The notes beneath the pieces are model-generated. The model worked only from the letters and a program-made list of their open reading frames with translations. It ran no database searches and was not told the origin of the DNA. Source: Oscillospiraceae bacterium (GTDB taxonomy: Bacteria > Bacillota > Clostridia > Oscillospirales > Oscillospiraceae). Taken from it: a stretch of DNA of 64,000 bases. Below, piece after piece: positions 35,598 to 44,384 of the stretch; position 1 is the stretch's first letter; each line of letters opens with the position of its first letter. The translations under genes were made by a program, and so were the position numbers. The stretch is from the NCBI GenBank assembly GCA_017449185.1, contig JAFSJZ010000048.1, positions 2,937-66,936 on the forward strand, in the 5' to 3' direction.

Positions 35598-37501
35598 TCG
35601 GCCTTGCGGCAGGTAAAGAGGATGACCTGACGCTCCTTGGCGATCTCGGAGAGAAGCTCCATCGCCTGCTTGAGGCGCGTCTCGTCGAGATTGACCAGCG
35701 CGTCGTCGATGATGAGCGGGCAGGGCTCGCCCTCCGGCAGCGCCAAGCGGCAGACCGCAAGGCGCACCGCGAGATAGAGCAGATCCATCGTTCCGGCGCT
35801 GAGATAGCTGCTGTCGTGTGCCACCGCGTCCGCATCCGTGCGTGTCATGGCTGAGAAGTCGCGGTTGATGAGCACCTGGGAGTAGCGCCCGCCGGTCACG
35901 CGCGACATATACTCCGCCGCCACGCGTCCCAGCTCGGGCGAAAAGCGGCTCTGCAGCTCCTCATCGGCGCTGCGCAGCGTCTCGGCGGCGAGAGAGATGT
36001 CCTCATATTCCTGCTCGAGCTGCGCGCGTTCGGTCTCCATCGTGCCCAGCTCGCTGCGCAGCACCATCGTGTCGCCCATGGCCGAGAGGCGGCCCTTGAG
36101 CGTCGCGATCTGCGCGGAGAGGCGCTCGGCCTCGGCACGGCGGGAATTCAGCTCGCGTCCGAGTCGTGCGGCAGGAGAGCTGCCGGCAACAAAATCGAGA
36201 TCGGCCAGGGCCGTCTCCTCCAGCTTCTCCTGCCGGCGCCGTGCCTGCTCATAGTTCTCGCGCGTTCTGCGTTCGTTGTCCTCGGCGGAGGCGACGGCTG
36301 AGAAGCGCTTGCGATAGTCCTCCAGCGCGGCGGAGAGCTCGGAGGCATGCGAGACGCCGTAGCTTCTGAGGATCTTTCCGCGCTGCTCCCGCGCTTCGTC
36401 CGCGGCCCGGCGCGCCTTGAGATAGAGCGTGAGGAACACGACCGCGCCGACGAGAAAGACGCCCGCGGCGATGATCCACACCAGCGCATCGTAAACCGTA
36501 TAGAGCGTCACGCCCACGGCGGTCAGCAGAAACATAAGGAGCAGCGGCAGCGGCGAGATCTTTTTCTTATACACCGCTTTGAGCTCGGCCATGCGCGTGA
36601 GGTCTTTTCCGGCCTTTTCCTCGACCGCGCCGAGATCGGCGCCGCCGAAAGCGCCCTGCCGCAGCTCGCTGCGGCACTCGGAGAGACGCTCCATCGCGGC
36701 GTCGTGTTCGGCGCTTGCCTCGGCCAGCGCGGTCCGCCCGCGGTTGAGCGTTTCAAGCGATTCCCTGCGCTGGAGTTTGCGGCTCTCGGTCACCGCGTCC
36801 TCAAGACGGGCGCAGTCGGCCTTCGTCTTCTCGAGACGCTGCTCGAGCGCGTCGATGTTCTCCGCCGAGCCGTCCATGTCCTCGAGAAGGCGGCGGGACT
36901 CTTCGATCCGGCTCTCGATATCCGGCAGCATGCCGCGGCGGTTGTAGCGCCGCTTGCGCAGCCAGGCGCGCAGCCGTGCGTCGGCCTCGGTATAGGAGGT
37001 CTCCTCCTCGCCGGTGGAGACGATGGCGTTGATGCGCCTCTCCAGGTCCGGACTGCCAGACACGGCGACGGAGCCCTGCTCGATAAAGGCGCTGCGGCGG
37101 AATACGTCGCGCGTAACGCCCGTGAGCTGTTCGCCCGCGTTTGTGCCGGTCATGCCCTCCACGCGCACGTTTGTGCCGGTGTAGGTGGCGGTGAATTCGC
37201 GCATCGGAGCGCTCTTCATGCGGGTGGTGCGCGTCAGCGTGATGTTGCAGCGGTCGACCGTGAGGTCCATCTGCCCCTCCATCGGGGCGCCGGACCAGGG
37301 GGCATAGCGCTGCTTGTCCGGCAGAAAGCTCCCGCGCGCCCGTTCGCCGGAGTCGACGCCATAGAGCATCGCGCGGATGAAGGCGCACCAGGTGGACTTG
37401 CCGCTCTCGTTCGGGGCGTGGATCACGTTCAACCCGTCATGGAAGCTCAGTGTTTCGTTCTCGAGCTTGCCGAAGGAGGCCGTCAGCTTATTGATCGTCA
37501 T
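35594..37501 (-). CDS. AAA/SMC-like ATPase with central TM hairpin (YhaN/SbcC-like)
   Basis: Start at 37501 (MTINKL...). Walker A APNESGKST, long coiled-coil region interrupted by two TM helices, C-terminal LSAGT...PLIIDDALVNLD. Confidence 0.85.
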   Translation of the reverse strand: MTINKLTASFGKLENETLSFHDGLNVIHAPNESGKSTWCAFIRAMLYGVDSGERARGSFLPDKQRYAPWSGAPMEGQMDLTVDRCNITLTRTTRMKSAPMREFTATYTGTNVRVEGMTGTNAGEQLTGVTRDVFRRSAFIEQGSVAVSGSPDLERRINAIVSTGEEETSYTEADARLRAWLRKRRYNRRGMLPDIESRIEESRRLLEDMDGSAENIDALEQRLEKTKADCARLEDAVTESRKLQRRESLETLNRGRTALAEASAEHDAAMERLSECRSELRQGAFGGADLGAVEEKAGKDLTRMAELKAVYKKKISPLPLLLMFLLTAVGVTLYTVYDALVWIIAAGVFLVGAVVFLTLYLKARRAADEAREQRGKILRSYGVSHASELSAALEDYRKRFSAVASAEDNERRTRENYEQARRRQEKLEETALADLDFVAGSSPAARLGRELNSRRAEAERLSAQIATLKGRLSAMGDTMVLRSELGTMETERAQLEQEYEDISLAAETLRSADEELQSRFSPELGRVAAEYMSRVTGGRYSQVLINRDFSAMTRTDADAVAHDSSYLSAGTMDLLYLAVRLAVCRLALPEGEPCPLIIDDALVNLDETRLKQAMELLSEIAKERQVILFTCRKAD

Positions 37502-38603
37502 GCCGGACCACCTCCTCCCGGTTGTCGATCGCGGCGAGACCCCAGCGCGCGGCCTGCTCGATGTGCAGGCGCTCGGCCTCGCTCGACGCGGCGTCATAGC
37601 GCTCGCGCAGCTTCAGCAGAAACAGCCCGCGCAGCGAATCGTCGCCTGAGCGCTCCCACACGCTCTGGCGCAGGCGCGTCTCGTCGCGCAGCTGCAGCTC
37701 GAAGAAAAACTCGCTTAAATTTTCGCGCAGCCGTCCCAGATCGGGCGGCACATCCGTCTCGCCCGTGAGGACGATGCGGTAGATGTCCCGCACGGTCTCG
37801 TCCGGCAGCATGGTGTGGATGGCCAGCAGCGGTTCGACGCCGGAGACATCCGCCTCCATTACCTCGTAGCGGCGCGAGGCAACCGACACGGTGCGCAGCG
37901 TGCATTCCTCGCCGTCGAGCTCGATGAGGTTGACGGTCTTATCTCCCGTCTCGTCAAAGCCGCGTCCCTCGGGACAGCCCGGCCAGGAATACCAGGTCTT
38001 CCCGGCGCGGAGCAGACCGCCCGTCTTGTGCACGTGGCCGAGCGCGGCGTAGTCGAGCCCGCTTCCGGAGAGATCCTCTTCGCTGATCGGGTCGTAGAGC
38101 GAGTCGCGCACGCCCACCTCGCCGTGCAGGCAGAGGATGTTGTACACGCCCTCCGTCCGCTCGGCGTGAAAGCCCTGCAGCAGAGGAGCGCTCTGCCGCT
38201 CAGTAAAGGCGGCGCCGTACACGCGCATGCCGAGCGCGGCAAGATCGACGCAGCGTATCTCATTTTCGGAAAAGATGTGGATGTTCTCCGGCAGCTTCAG
38301 CCGCGCGTAAGGTGAGCGTTCGGAGTAATAATCGTGGTTGCCCGGCGCGATAAAGACCGGCACGCGGATCTGCCGCAGCGCGCGGATAAGCTCCTCGCCC
38401 GTCTCGTAAAAGGTGTTGTCGCTGTCGAGCAGATCGCCGGAGAAAAGCACGAGGTCGACCTTCTCCTCCGCCGCGAGCAGGGCGATACGGCCGAGCAGAT
38501 CACGCTGTTCGCGCCGACGGACCGTGGCCTTCGCGGCCCCGAGTCCCTCGAAGGGCGAGTCCATGTGCAGATCGGCCGTGTGCAGGATACGCAGCCTGTT
38601 CAC
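37488..38603 (-). CDS. Metallophosphoesterase, SbcD/YhaO-like DNA exonuclease
   Basis: ILHTADLHMDS, GDLLD, GNHD, and LGHVH motifs. It overlaps the downstream ATPase gene by 14 nt. Confidence 0.85.
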   Translation of the reverse strand: MNRLRILHTADLHMDSPFEGLGAAKATVRRREQRDLLGRIALLAAEEKVDLVLFSGDLLDSDNTFYETGEELIRALRQIRVPVFIAPGNHDYYSERSPYARLKLPENIHIFSENEIRCVDLAALGMRVYGAAFTERQSAPLLQGFHAERTEGVYNILCLHGEVGVRDSLYDPISEEDLSGSGLDYAALGHVHKTGGLLRAGKTWYSWPGCPEGRGFDETGDKTVNLIELDGEECTLRTVSVASRRYEVMEADVSGVEPLLAIHTMLPDETVRDIYRIVLTGETDVPPDLGRLRENLSEFFFELQLRDETRLRQSVWERSGDDSLRGLFLLKLRERYDAASSEAERLHIEQAARWGLAAIDNREEVVRHDDQ

Positions 38604-39373
38604 GTCAGCCTCACCCCCTCCGCGGAGAGGCAGCGGCCGGTCTCGGGATCGATCTCAAACAGGCAGCCCTCCAGCTTGACGGGCCCCTTTGCGCTCTCAT
38701 AGCGTCGCGGGGGATCGCCCATGAACTTGCCGATGCTCTGCTCGGGGTCGATGCCGAGCACCGAGTTCGCCGCCCCGGTCATGCCGAGGTCGGTGATGTA
38801 GCCCGTGCCGCCGGGCAGCACCTGCGCGTCGGAGGTCTGCACATGCGTGTGCGTGCCCCATACCGCGCTGGCGCGGCCGTCGAGAAGGAAACCCATCGCG
38901 CGCTTTTCGCTGGTGCCCTCGGCGTGGAAGTCCACCAGAATGATCTTCTCCTTGATCTCCTCCATGAAGCCGTCGGCGATCACGAAGGGGTTGTCGGTGT
39001 TGACGTCCAGCGTGAAGCGGCCCATCAGATTGAGCACGCACACGTCGCCGAAATCGGTCGAATAGACCTCGATGCCCTTGCCGGGGCATTGCGGCGCAAA
39101 GTTGGCCGGGCGCAGGATGCGGCGGCGCTCCTCCAGATAGGGGCGCAGCTCCGTCCGCGTCCAGGTGTGATTGCCCAGCGTCACGACATCCGCGCCGGCG
39201 TGCAGGATCAGGTCGGCCTGCTTGGGCGTGATGCCGACGACGTTGGCGTTCTCGCCGTTGACGACGACAAAGCTGATGCCCATCTCCTTGCGGTAGTCCC
39301 GCAGCTTGTTGTTCAGGAAGGACAGCCCGGGCTCGCCGCACACGTCGCCCACGGCCAGGATCTTTACGCTCAT
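38600..39373 (-). CDS. ymdB: YmdB-family (TIGR00282-type) metallophosphoesterase
   Basis: Start at 39373 with a GGGAGG RBS. MSVKILAVGDVCG..., VVNGENA, GNHTW, DFHAE..SEK, GTHTHVQTSD. Confidence 0.9.
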   Translation of the reverse strand: MSVKILAVGDVCGEPGLSFLNNKLRDYRKEMGISFVVVNGENANVVGITPKQADLILHAGADVVTLGNHTWTRTELRPYLEERRRILRPANFAPQCPGKGIEVYSTDFGDVCVLNLMGRFTLDVNTDNPFVIADGFMEEIKEKIILVDFHAEGTSEKRAMGFLLDGRASAVWGTHTHVQTSDAQVLPGGTGYITDLGMTGAANSVLGIDPEQSIGKFMGDPPRRYESAKGPVKLEGCLFEIDPETGRCLSAEGVRLT

Positions 39374-39550
39374 AGTCTTCGCCTCCCGTAGAGAAACCGA
39401 TTTTTTCCTAATGATATAATAGCACAATCGCCCTGCTGCTATCAATGGACAATCTGTTACGAAACACAAAAAGCGGATGGAACGCCTTTCTCTGCGCATA
39501 ATAAGAAATGAAAAACGCCGCGTATGCAGCGCGGAGAAGGGGAGAAGAAC

Positions 39551-39721
39551 ATGAATAACGACAAAATGAACAGCGAGCTCTATCTGGGCATGGGCGTGGG
39601 GCTGGCCGTCGGCGTGGTCTCGACGCTGCTGATGCGCCCGCGAAGGAAGGACGTCAAGAGCGCCGTCGCCCGTGTGATCGGTGACATGGCGGATTCCGTT
39701 TCGAAAAACATGGGCTGGTAA
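39551..39721 (+). CDS. Small single-TM protein (hypothetical)
   Basis: 56 aa, RBS GAAGGGGAG, one hydrophobic helix (LYLGMGVGLAVGVVSTLLM). No homolog recognised. Confidence 0.4.
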   Translation: MNNDKMNSELYLGMGVGLAVGVVSTLLMRPRRKDVKSAVARVIGDMADSVSKNMGW

Positions 39722-39750
39722 AAGTTTTCGCCCAAAGCGAGAAAAAACTC

Positions 39751-39779
39751 TTGCAATTCTATCCAAGCTGTGCTAATAT
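39751..39779 (+). promoter_or_regulatory. Sigma-A-like promoter of tRNA-Arg(ACG)
   Basis: TTGCAA (39751..39756), 17-nt spacer, TAATAT (39774..39779). Confidence 0.55.
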
Positions 39780-39808
39780 ATGCAAGCTGTCGATGATACA
39801 TCCGACAT

Positions 39809-39885
39809 GCGCCTTTAGCTCAGCTGGATAGAGCGTCTGGCTACGGACCAGAAGGTCAGGGGTTCGAATCCCTTAAGGCGTGCCA
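39809..39885 (+). tRNA. tRNA-Arg (anticodon ACG), CCA encoded
   Basis: Acceptor GCGCCTT/AAGGCGT (G1:U72), anticodon arm TCTGG-CTACGGA-CCAGA, T arm AGGGG-TTCGAAT-CCCTT. Confidence 0.85.
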
Positions 39886-39920
39886 AAACACGGGACACCC
39901 ATCCGGGTGCCCCGTGTTTT
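39886..39920 (+). terminator. Intrinsic terminator after tRNA-Arg(ACG)
   Basis: aaaacacggg(a)cacc-catcc-gggtg(c)cccgtgtttt. Confidence 0.7.
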
Positions 39921-40051
39921 GCATCCGACCTGCGAATTCGAACCCCTGACCTCAAAACGCGGAGCGTTTTTTGAGCGAAGCGGATAAAAGCTGCGCAGCG
40001 TGTCGCAAAGCGACATGCGAAGCAGGGGTTCGAATCCCTTAAGGCGTGCCA
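39921..40051 (+). repeat. tRNA-Arg-linked module: inverted T-arm copy, conserved core, hairpin, and direct copy of the tRNA 3' end with CCA
   Basis: 39936..39951 is the exact reverse complement of 39854..39869. 40023..40051 equals 39857..39885 (29 nt direct). The core aaaacgcggagcgttttttgagcgaagcggataaaag is homologous to the tRNA-Lys module. Confidence 0.7.
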
Positions 40052-40194
40052 AGAAGAACCACCGTTTTTATCAAAAATCGGTGGTTCTTGGTATTTTTTA
40101 GGCGTTTTCTTTTTTCGCGCTTGCTCAAAAATTCAACTTTAATTCAACTCGCTCTCAAAATCATGCCCTTTTCAAGAAGGCATTTTTACACGGA

Positions 40195-41427
40195 TTACTG
40201 TACCGTAAGCATCGCTGTATCAGAGATTAGTTCTTTTCCGTCCAGGCCCATGATGACGCAACGGAATTCATAGCCGTTGAGGCGGCTTTCGGCCAATATG
40301 GTGCACTTAGTCCAATTGCTTCCGCTTGTGACCAATATGGTGTCGGGGATATTGCTCCAGTCAGATGTTCCGGGGGATCTGTACTGCCACTGTATTGTGT
40401 CAGCACCTCGTGCAGTTATATTGAAAACTGCGTTTTCGCCTTCTGCAACAGCAACGCTCTCAGGCTGAACCAAAATGGCGGAAAAGAAAGTTATCGTTGC
40501 CGTCTGACTTGCGAGTTTTTTCCCGTAGGCATTTGTGATCAAACACCGAAGCATCCAATGGTTCATATCCGCCGTTGCATGAATGATCAGTTGGCTCATC
40601 GTTGCCGATGTGGGGCCTGAAAGCTTATACCAGGTGGAGCCGCCGTCCTTGCTGAAGATCCATTGATAGGTCAGGCCTGTTCCCGATGCCTTGACCCTGA
40701 ATTCCAGGGTTCCTCCTCCGGGAAAAAACGTGTTTATACTATCTGGCTGTCTCGTAATATTCGGCAGCACCGTGAGCGTAGCTGGATTTGAGATGGATGA
40801 GCCGTTCTGACTCGTTACGATACAGCGGAACTGATAGTCGTTCATCGTATCACGGGCTTTGATGACCAGATGAGACGTCGCCGCGCTGCTGGCGTTTGTT
40901 AAATTGCTCCAGCTTTCGCCGTTGCTGCTGACCTGCCACTGATAGCGCAGATTCGAGCCCGTGGCACTGACTGTGAAACTTGTTTGGCAGGATTCATAAC
41001 CGCTGTGTGTTTTCGGATGCACGGTGATGCTGGGGCCCGTACCGGTCGTGTCGGACAAAACCGTCAGCGTTGACGCGCTGCTGGTCATCGTGTTCCCTTT
41101 GCTGTCCGATATCCTGCAGCGGAACTTCATGCCATTCATGCTTTCGCTTGCCGTGAGCCGCAAATTGGATGTTTTTGCGCTGGTTGCCCTGGTAATACTG
41201 GCCCAGACTTCGCCGCCGGGGCTTGACTCCCATTGATAGGTCAGCGTTCCGCTTCCGTTTGCGGTAACTGAAAACTGCGCGATGTTGCCTGCAAAAACGC
41301 TTGTTTGCGCAGCCGGCTGGCGGGAGATCGTGATGGAGTCGCTTGCCGCGTCGATGGGAGTCGGAAGAATCAGCAAGTATAACGCCAATAACGCCAACAG
41401 CAGCGCTGTTATTTTACGCAAACGCAT
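40195..41427 (-). CDS. Secreted protein with four tandem Ig-like repeats
   Basis: Signal peptide. Four units of about 90 aa, each with Q-P...F.V.A.G..L.YQW......W..........L.I......N...F.C......G......A.LTV. AT-richer than the flanks. Confidence 0.75.
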   Translation of the reverse strand: MRLRKITALLLALLALYLLILPTPIDAASDSITISRQPAAQTSVFAGNIAQFSVTANGSGTLTYQWESSPGGEVWASITRATSAKTSNLRLTASESMNGMKFRCRISDSKGNTMTSSASTLTVLSDTTGTGPSITVHPKTHSGYESCQTSFTVSATGSNLRYQWQVSSNGESWSNLTNASSAATSHLVIKARDTMNDYQFRCIVTSQNGSSISNPATLTVLPNITRQPDSINTFFPGGGTLEFRVKASGTGLTYQWIFSKDGGSTWYKLSGPTSATMSQLIIHATADMNHWMLRCLITNAYGKKLASQTATITFFSAILVQPESVAVAEGENAVFNITARGADTIQWQYRSPGTSDWSNIPDTILVTSGSNWTKCTILAESRLNGYEFRCVIMGLDGKELISDTAMLTVQ

Positions 41428-41852
41428 TTTTCCTCCTTCTTTTCCGTGGCCGAAACGGTCTTCTCGCCTGAGCGCTTCGTTTATTGAGACACATCAATTG
41501 AATAACTATGTTATATATTTTTGCATTTTTTGATGCGGATGTCAATGAGAAATCAATAGTTGCCATGGAAAGACCGTGTATGACTACAATACATCTTGGA
41601 CACATGCTCCCCAAAAAGAAAGTGCAGGAAGATGCGAAATCGGTTATTGTTGAGCTGAAGCAACAACGAAGCCAAAAGGAGCATAGCCTATATTTCTGTA
41701 AGCTATGCCGCTTTTCTTAACGAGTTAAATGCTCCCTAATCCGCACGAGCAAAATGGGTCGGGCTTTTTGGCACTTCTTGCAGAGCTTTTCGTTTTGCCC
41801 CCTGACCATAAACCGGTCGGTACGCGTTTTTTGCTTTTCAAGCGGCAGACGC

Positions 41853-41881
41853 TTGACTTTCTCCTGCCTATCTGTTATATT
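41853..41881 (+). promoter_or_regulatory. Sigma-A-like promoter upstream of leader ORF/MFS gene
   Basis: TTGACT (41853..41858), 17-nt spacer, TATATT (41876..41881). Confidence 0.5.
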
Positions 41882-41918
41882 TTCCCTGCTAATTCCAAAG
41901 AAAGAGAGGTGATCATAC

Positions 41919-41990
41919 ATGCGCAATAACAACAGAAAAAACGCATTCGAATTTTATATGATGACCTCGGTTCATGCCTGTCAGTCCTGA
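41919..41990 (+). CDS. Candidate 23-aa leader peptide MRNNNRKNAFEFYMMTSVHACQS
   Basis: RBS GAGAGG lies 9 nt upstream of the ATG. The ORF sits between a promoter and a terminator/antiterminator. It is too short for the ORF track. Confidence 0.4.
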   Translation: MRNNNRKNAFEFYMMTSVHACQS

Positions 41991-42013
41991 AGCGACGATG
42001 ATCTGACGACTGG

Positions 42014-42089
42014 ACCGTGGCGTTGCCGTCACGGTATTTTTATGTCTTCTGTCAAACCGTGACCGGATGTCACGGTTTTTTGCTTTTTT
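42014..42089 (+). promoter_or_regulatory. Transcription attenuator (two terminator hairpins with a mutually exclusive antiterminator)
   Basis: Hairpin 1 is 42014..42035 (9 bp) plus atttttat. Hairpin 2 is 42056..42076 (8 bp) plus T-run. GTCACGGT (42028..42035) can pair with ACCGTGAC (42056..42063) instead. Confidence 0.55.
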
Positions 42090-42195
42090 ACGCGGGCCTG
42101 TCACCCTGTCGGCCCGACCGGGGTCAGAAAAACATGTTTAGAAAAGAACGAACAACGAATCAGTATAAAGGAAAACCCTTCAGCGAGGAAACACC

Positions 42196-43422
42196 ATGAC
42201 ACTCTTCAATCAATACCGCGGGCTGCGGCGCGAGATCTACATCCTCTGCTTCGGCAGGATGGTCACGAATCTCGGCAGCATGATCTGGCCCGTCATGACC
42301 ATGATACTCAGCCAGAAGCTCGGCCTCTCGGCTGCGCAGATATCCTATTATTTTGTCGGCTCCAGCCTGATCATGCTGCCGGCCAACATCATCGGCGGCA
42401 GGCTGGCCGACCGTCTGAACAAAAAATGGCTGATCGTATGCTGCGACTGCGTCAGCATCCTCTGCTTCTTCATCAGCGCGGCGATCCCGCTCGGGATCGG
42501 CACGATCATCCTCTTTATCGTCGGAGGCATTTTCCAGAGCGTGGAATACCCCTCATACGACACCCTGTTTGCCGATCTGTCGACGACAAAGGACCGGGAG
42601 CGCGCCTATTCGCTCGAGTACCTCGGGGGCAACCTCGGGCTTGTCCTCTCGCCGACCATCGCGGGGCTCCTCTTCAAGGACTATCTGTGGCTGAGCTTTC
42701 TCATCAGCGGCTTTTCCATCGCGGTCTCGACCGTCCTCATCGCCGTTCTCGTCAAGGACGTCACGCCCGTCGAGGATACCGGCGAGGAGGCGACTTACCA
42801 GGAGAAAAAGGACGGAGCGAGCGTTTTCGCCATCCTCAGGGAGAACCCGCTCATCCTGCTCTATCTTCTCTGCGGAACTTTCTATTCCGCGGCCTACGGA
42901 CAATACAACTTTATCATGCCGCTCGACATGGCCGCCGTCCACGGCGACGCGGGCGCCGTCATCTTCGGCACGGTCTCCAGTCTCAACTGCATCACGGTCG
43001 TCATCTGTACGCCCCTTATTACCCGGCTCTTTGCAAGGGTGCGCGATACCGGCAAGATGCTCGCGGGCAGACTGCTCGTTTTCGCGGGATACATGGTCTT
43101 CCTCCTGCTGTTGGGCTTTATCCCGGGCTACTATCTCGCCATGCTGATCTTCACCTGGGGAGAGATCTTCGACGTGCTTTCGTCGGGGCCCTATGTCTCG
43201 ACCCGCATCCCCGCGAGTCACCGCGGCCGGATCAACGGCTTCATGAGCGTCGTTTACACGTTCGTGACGGGCGGGATCGACCTGGTCGTCGGGCAGCTGT
43301 ACGACCGCGCCGGCTCCTCCGCAACCTGGGCGCTCATCCTTACGGTGACGCTCTTCTCCGCCGCGCTGACGCTCCTTCTCAAGGCCTTCGATAAAAAGAG
43401 GTATCCGAAGCTGTATACATGA
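42196..43422 (+). CDS. MFS transporter (Mef/EntS-like exporter architecture)
   Basis: 408 aa, 12 predicted TM segments, and a GGRLADRLNKKWLIV loop motif resembling macrolide-efflux-type MFS proteins (from memory). Confidence 0.85.
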   Translation: MTLFNQYRGLRREIYILCFGRMVTNLGSMIWPVMTMILSQKLGLSAAQISYYFVGSSLIMLPANIIGGRLADRLNKKWLIVCCDCVSILCFFISAAIPLGIGTIILFIVGGIFQSVEYPSYDTLFADLSTTKDRERAYSLEYLGGNLGLVLSPTIAGLLFKDYLWLSFLISGFSIAVSTVLIAVLVKDVTPVEDTGEEATYQEKKDGASVFAILRENPLILLYLLCGTFYSAAYGQYNFIMPLDMAAVHGDAGAVIFGTVSSLNCITVVICTPLITRLFARVRDTGKMLAGRLLVFAGYMVFLLLLGFIPGYYLAMLIFTWGEIFDVLSSGPYVSTRIPASHRGRINGFMSVVYTFVTGGIDLVVGQLYDRAGSSATWALILTVTLFSAALTLLLKAFDKKRYPKLYT

Positions 43423-43514
43423 TGCTGTTGTTTCCGGCAGCGGCGTATGGTATACTGTCTTCAGCATTACAGCAGCTCAATGACCGAAAGAACGACGATA
43501 CAGGAGAGCGTCTC

Positions 43515-44324
43515 ATGAAAACAGCGGTGATCACAGGCAGCACGCGCGGACTGGGCTTTGAGATGGCCAAGCGCTTCCGTGCGGCGGGATGGAATCTGGT
43601 TATCAACGGCGTGAGCGAGGCGCGGCTCGCTCAGGCGGTGGAAACGCTGCGCGCGCTGCCCGGCGCGGGCGCGGTGGAAGGCTGCCGCGGCAGCGTCGCG
43701 GACGCAAACGAGCTGCAGGCGCTGGCGGACTTTGCCTTCGAAACATTCGGCACGGCCGAGATCTGGATCAACAACGCCGGCGTCAACCAGCCCATGAAGC
43801 CGATCTGGGAACTGAGCGAGCAGGAGATCGACGCGATCCTCGACATCGACCTGCGCGGCGCCGTGCTGGGCAGCCGTCTGGCCATACAGCGCATGGAGTC
43901 CCAGACAGAGGGCGGTTTCGTCTACAACCTCGAAGGCTACGGCAGCAACGACGCGATGATGCTGGGCCTGAACATGTACGGCACCAGCAAGCGCGCCGTG
44001 ACGCACTTTACCCAGGCTCTGGCCAAGGAACTGGAAGAACGCGGCAGCCGCGTGAAGGCCGGGCGGCTCTCGCCGGGCATCATGATCACCGACTTTACCG
44101 TGAAGGCTCTCGGCGGAAAGGAGAGCATTGCCCTGCCGGAGAAGACGAAGAAGGTCTACAACATTCTGGGCGACTACCCGGACGTCGTGGCCGCGCATCT
44201 GGTAAAAGGCATGCTGGAGAACACGAAGAACAACGCCCACATCGAATGGCTGACGAGCGGCAAGGCCGCCTGGCGCTTCCTGACCGCGGCCTTCAACAAG
44301 CGCGACTTTTTCGCGGAGCAGTAA
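43515..44324 (+). CDS. SDR-family oxidoreductase
   Basis: ATG at 43515 after AGGAGAG. TGSTRGLG cofactor motif, NNAG, and YGTSK catalytic motif. Confidence 0.9.
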   Translation: MKTAVITGSTRGLGFEMAKRFRAAGWNLVINGVSEARLAQAVETLRALPGAGAVEGCRGSVADANELQALADFAFETFGTAEIWINNAGVNQPMKPIWELSEQEIDAILDIDLRGAVLGSRLAIQRMESQTEGGFVYNLEGYGSNDAMMLGLNMYGTSKRAVTHFTQALAKELEERGSRVKAGRLSPGIMITDFTVKALGGKESIALPEKTKKVYNILGDYPDVVAAHLVKGMLENTKNNAHIEWLTSGKAAWRFLTAAFNKRDFFAEQ

Positions 44325-44332
44325 GCAAAGAC

Positions 44333-44375
44333 AAAAAGACGCTCGCACCCCTGCCGGGGGTGCGAGCGTCTTTTT
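44333..44375. terminator. Bidirectional intrinsic terminator
   Basis: aaaaagacgctcgcaccc-ctgcc-gggggtgcgagcgtcttttt. Confidence 0.75.
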
Positions 44376-44384
44376 GCGTTGTAT

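Noticed and set aside
41508-41932. ORFs 41508..41720 (+), 41729..41929 (+) and 41717..41932 (-) as genes or a pseudogenised recombinase.
   Set aside because: They have no RBS and no recognisable motifs, and they are mutually overlapping. The 3' part is better explained by the promoter and leader region of the MFS gene.
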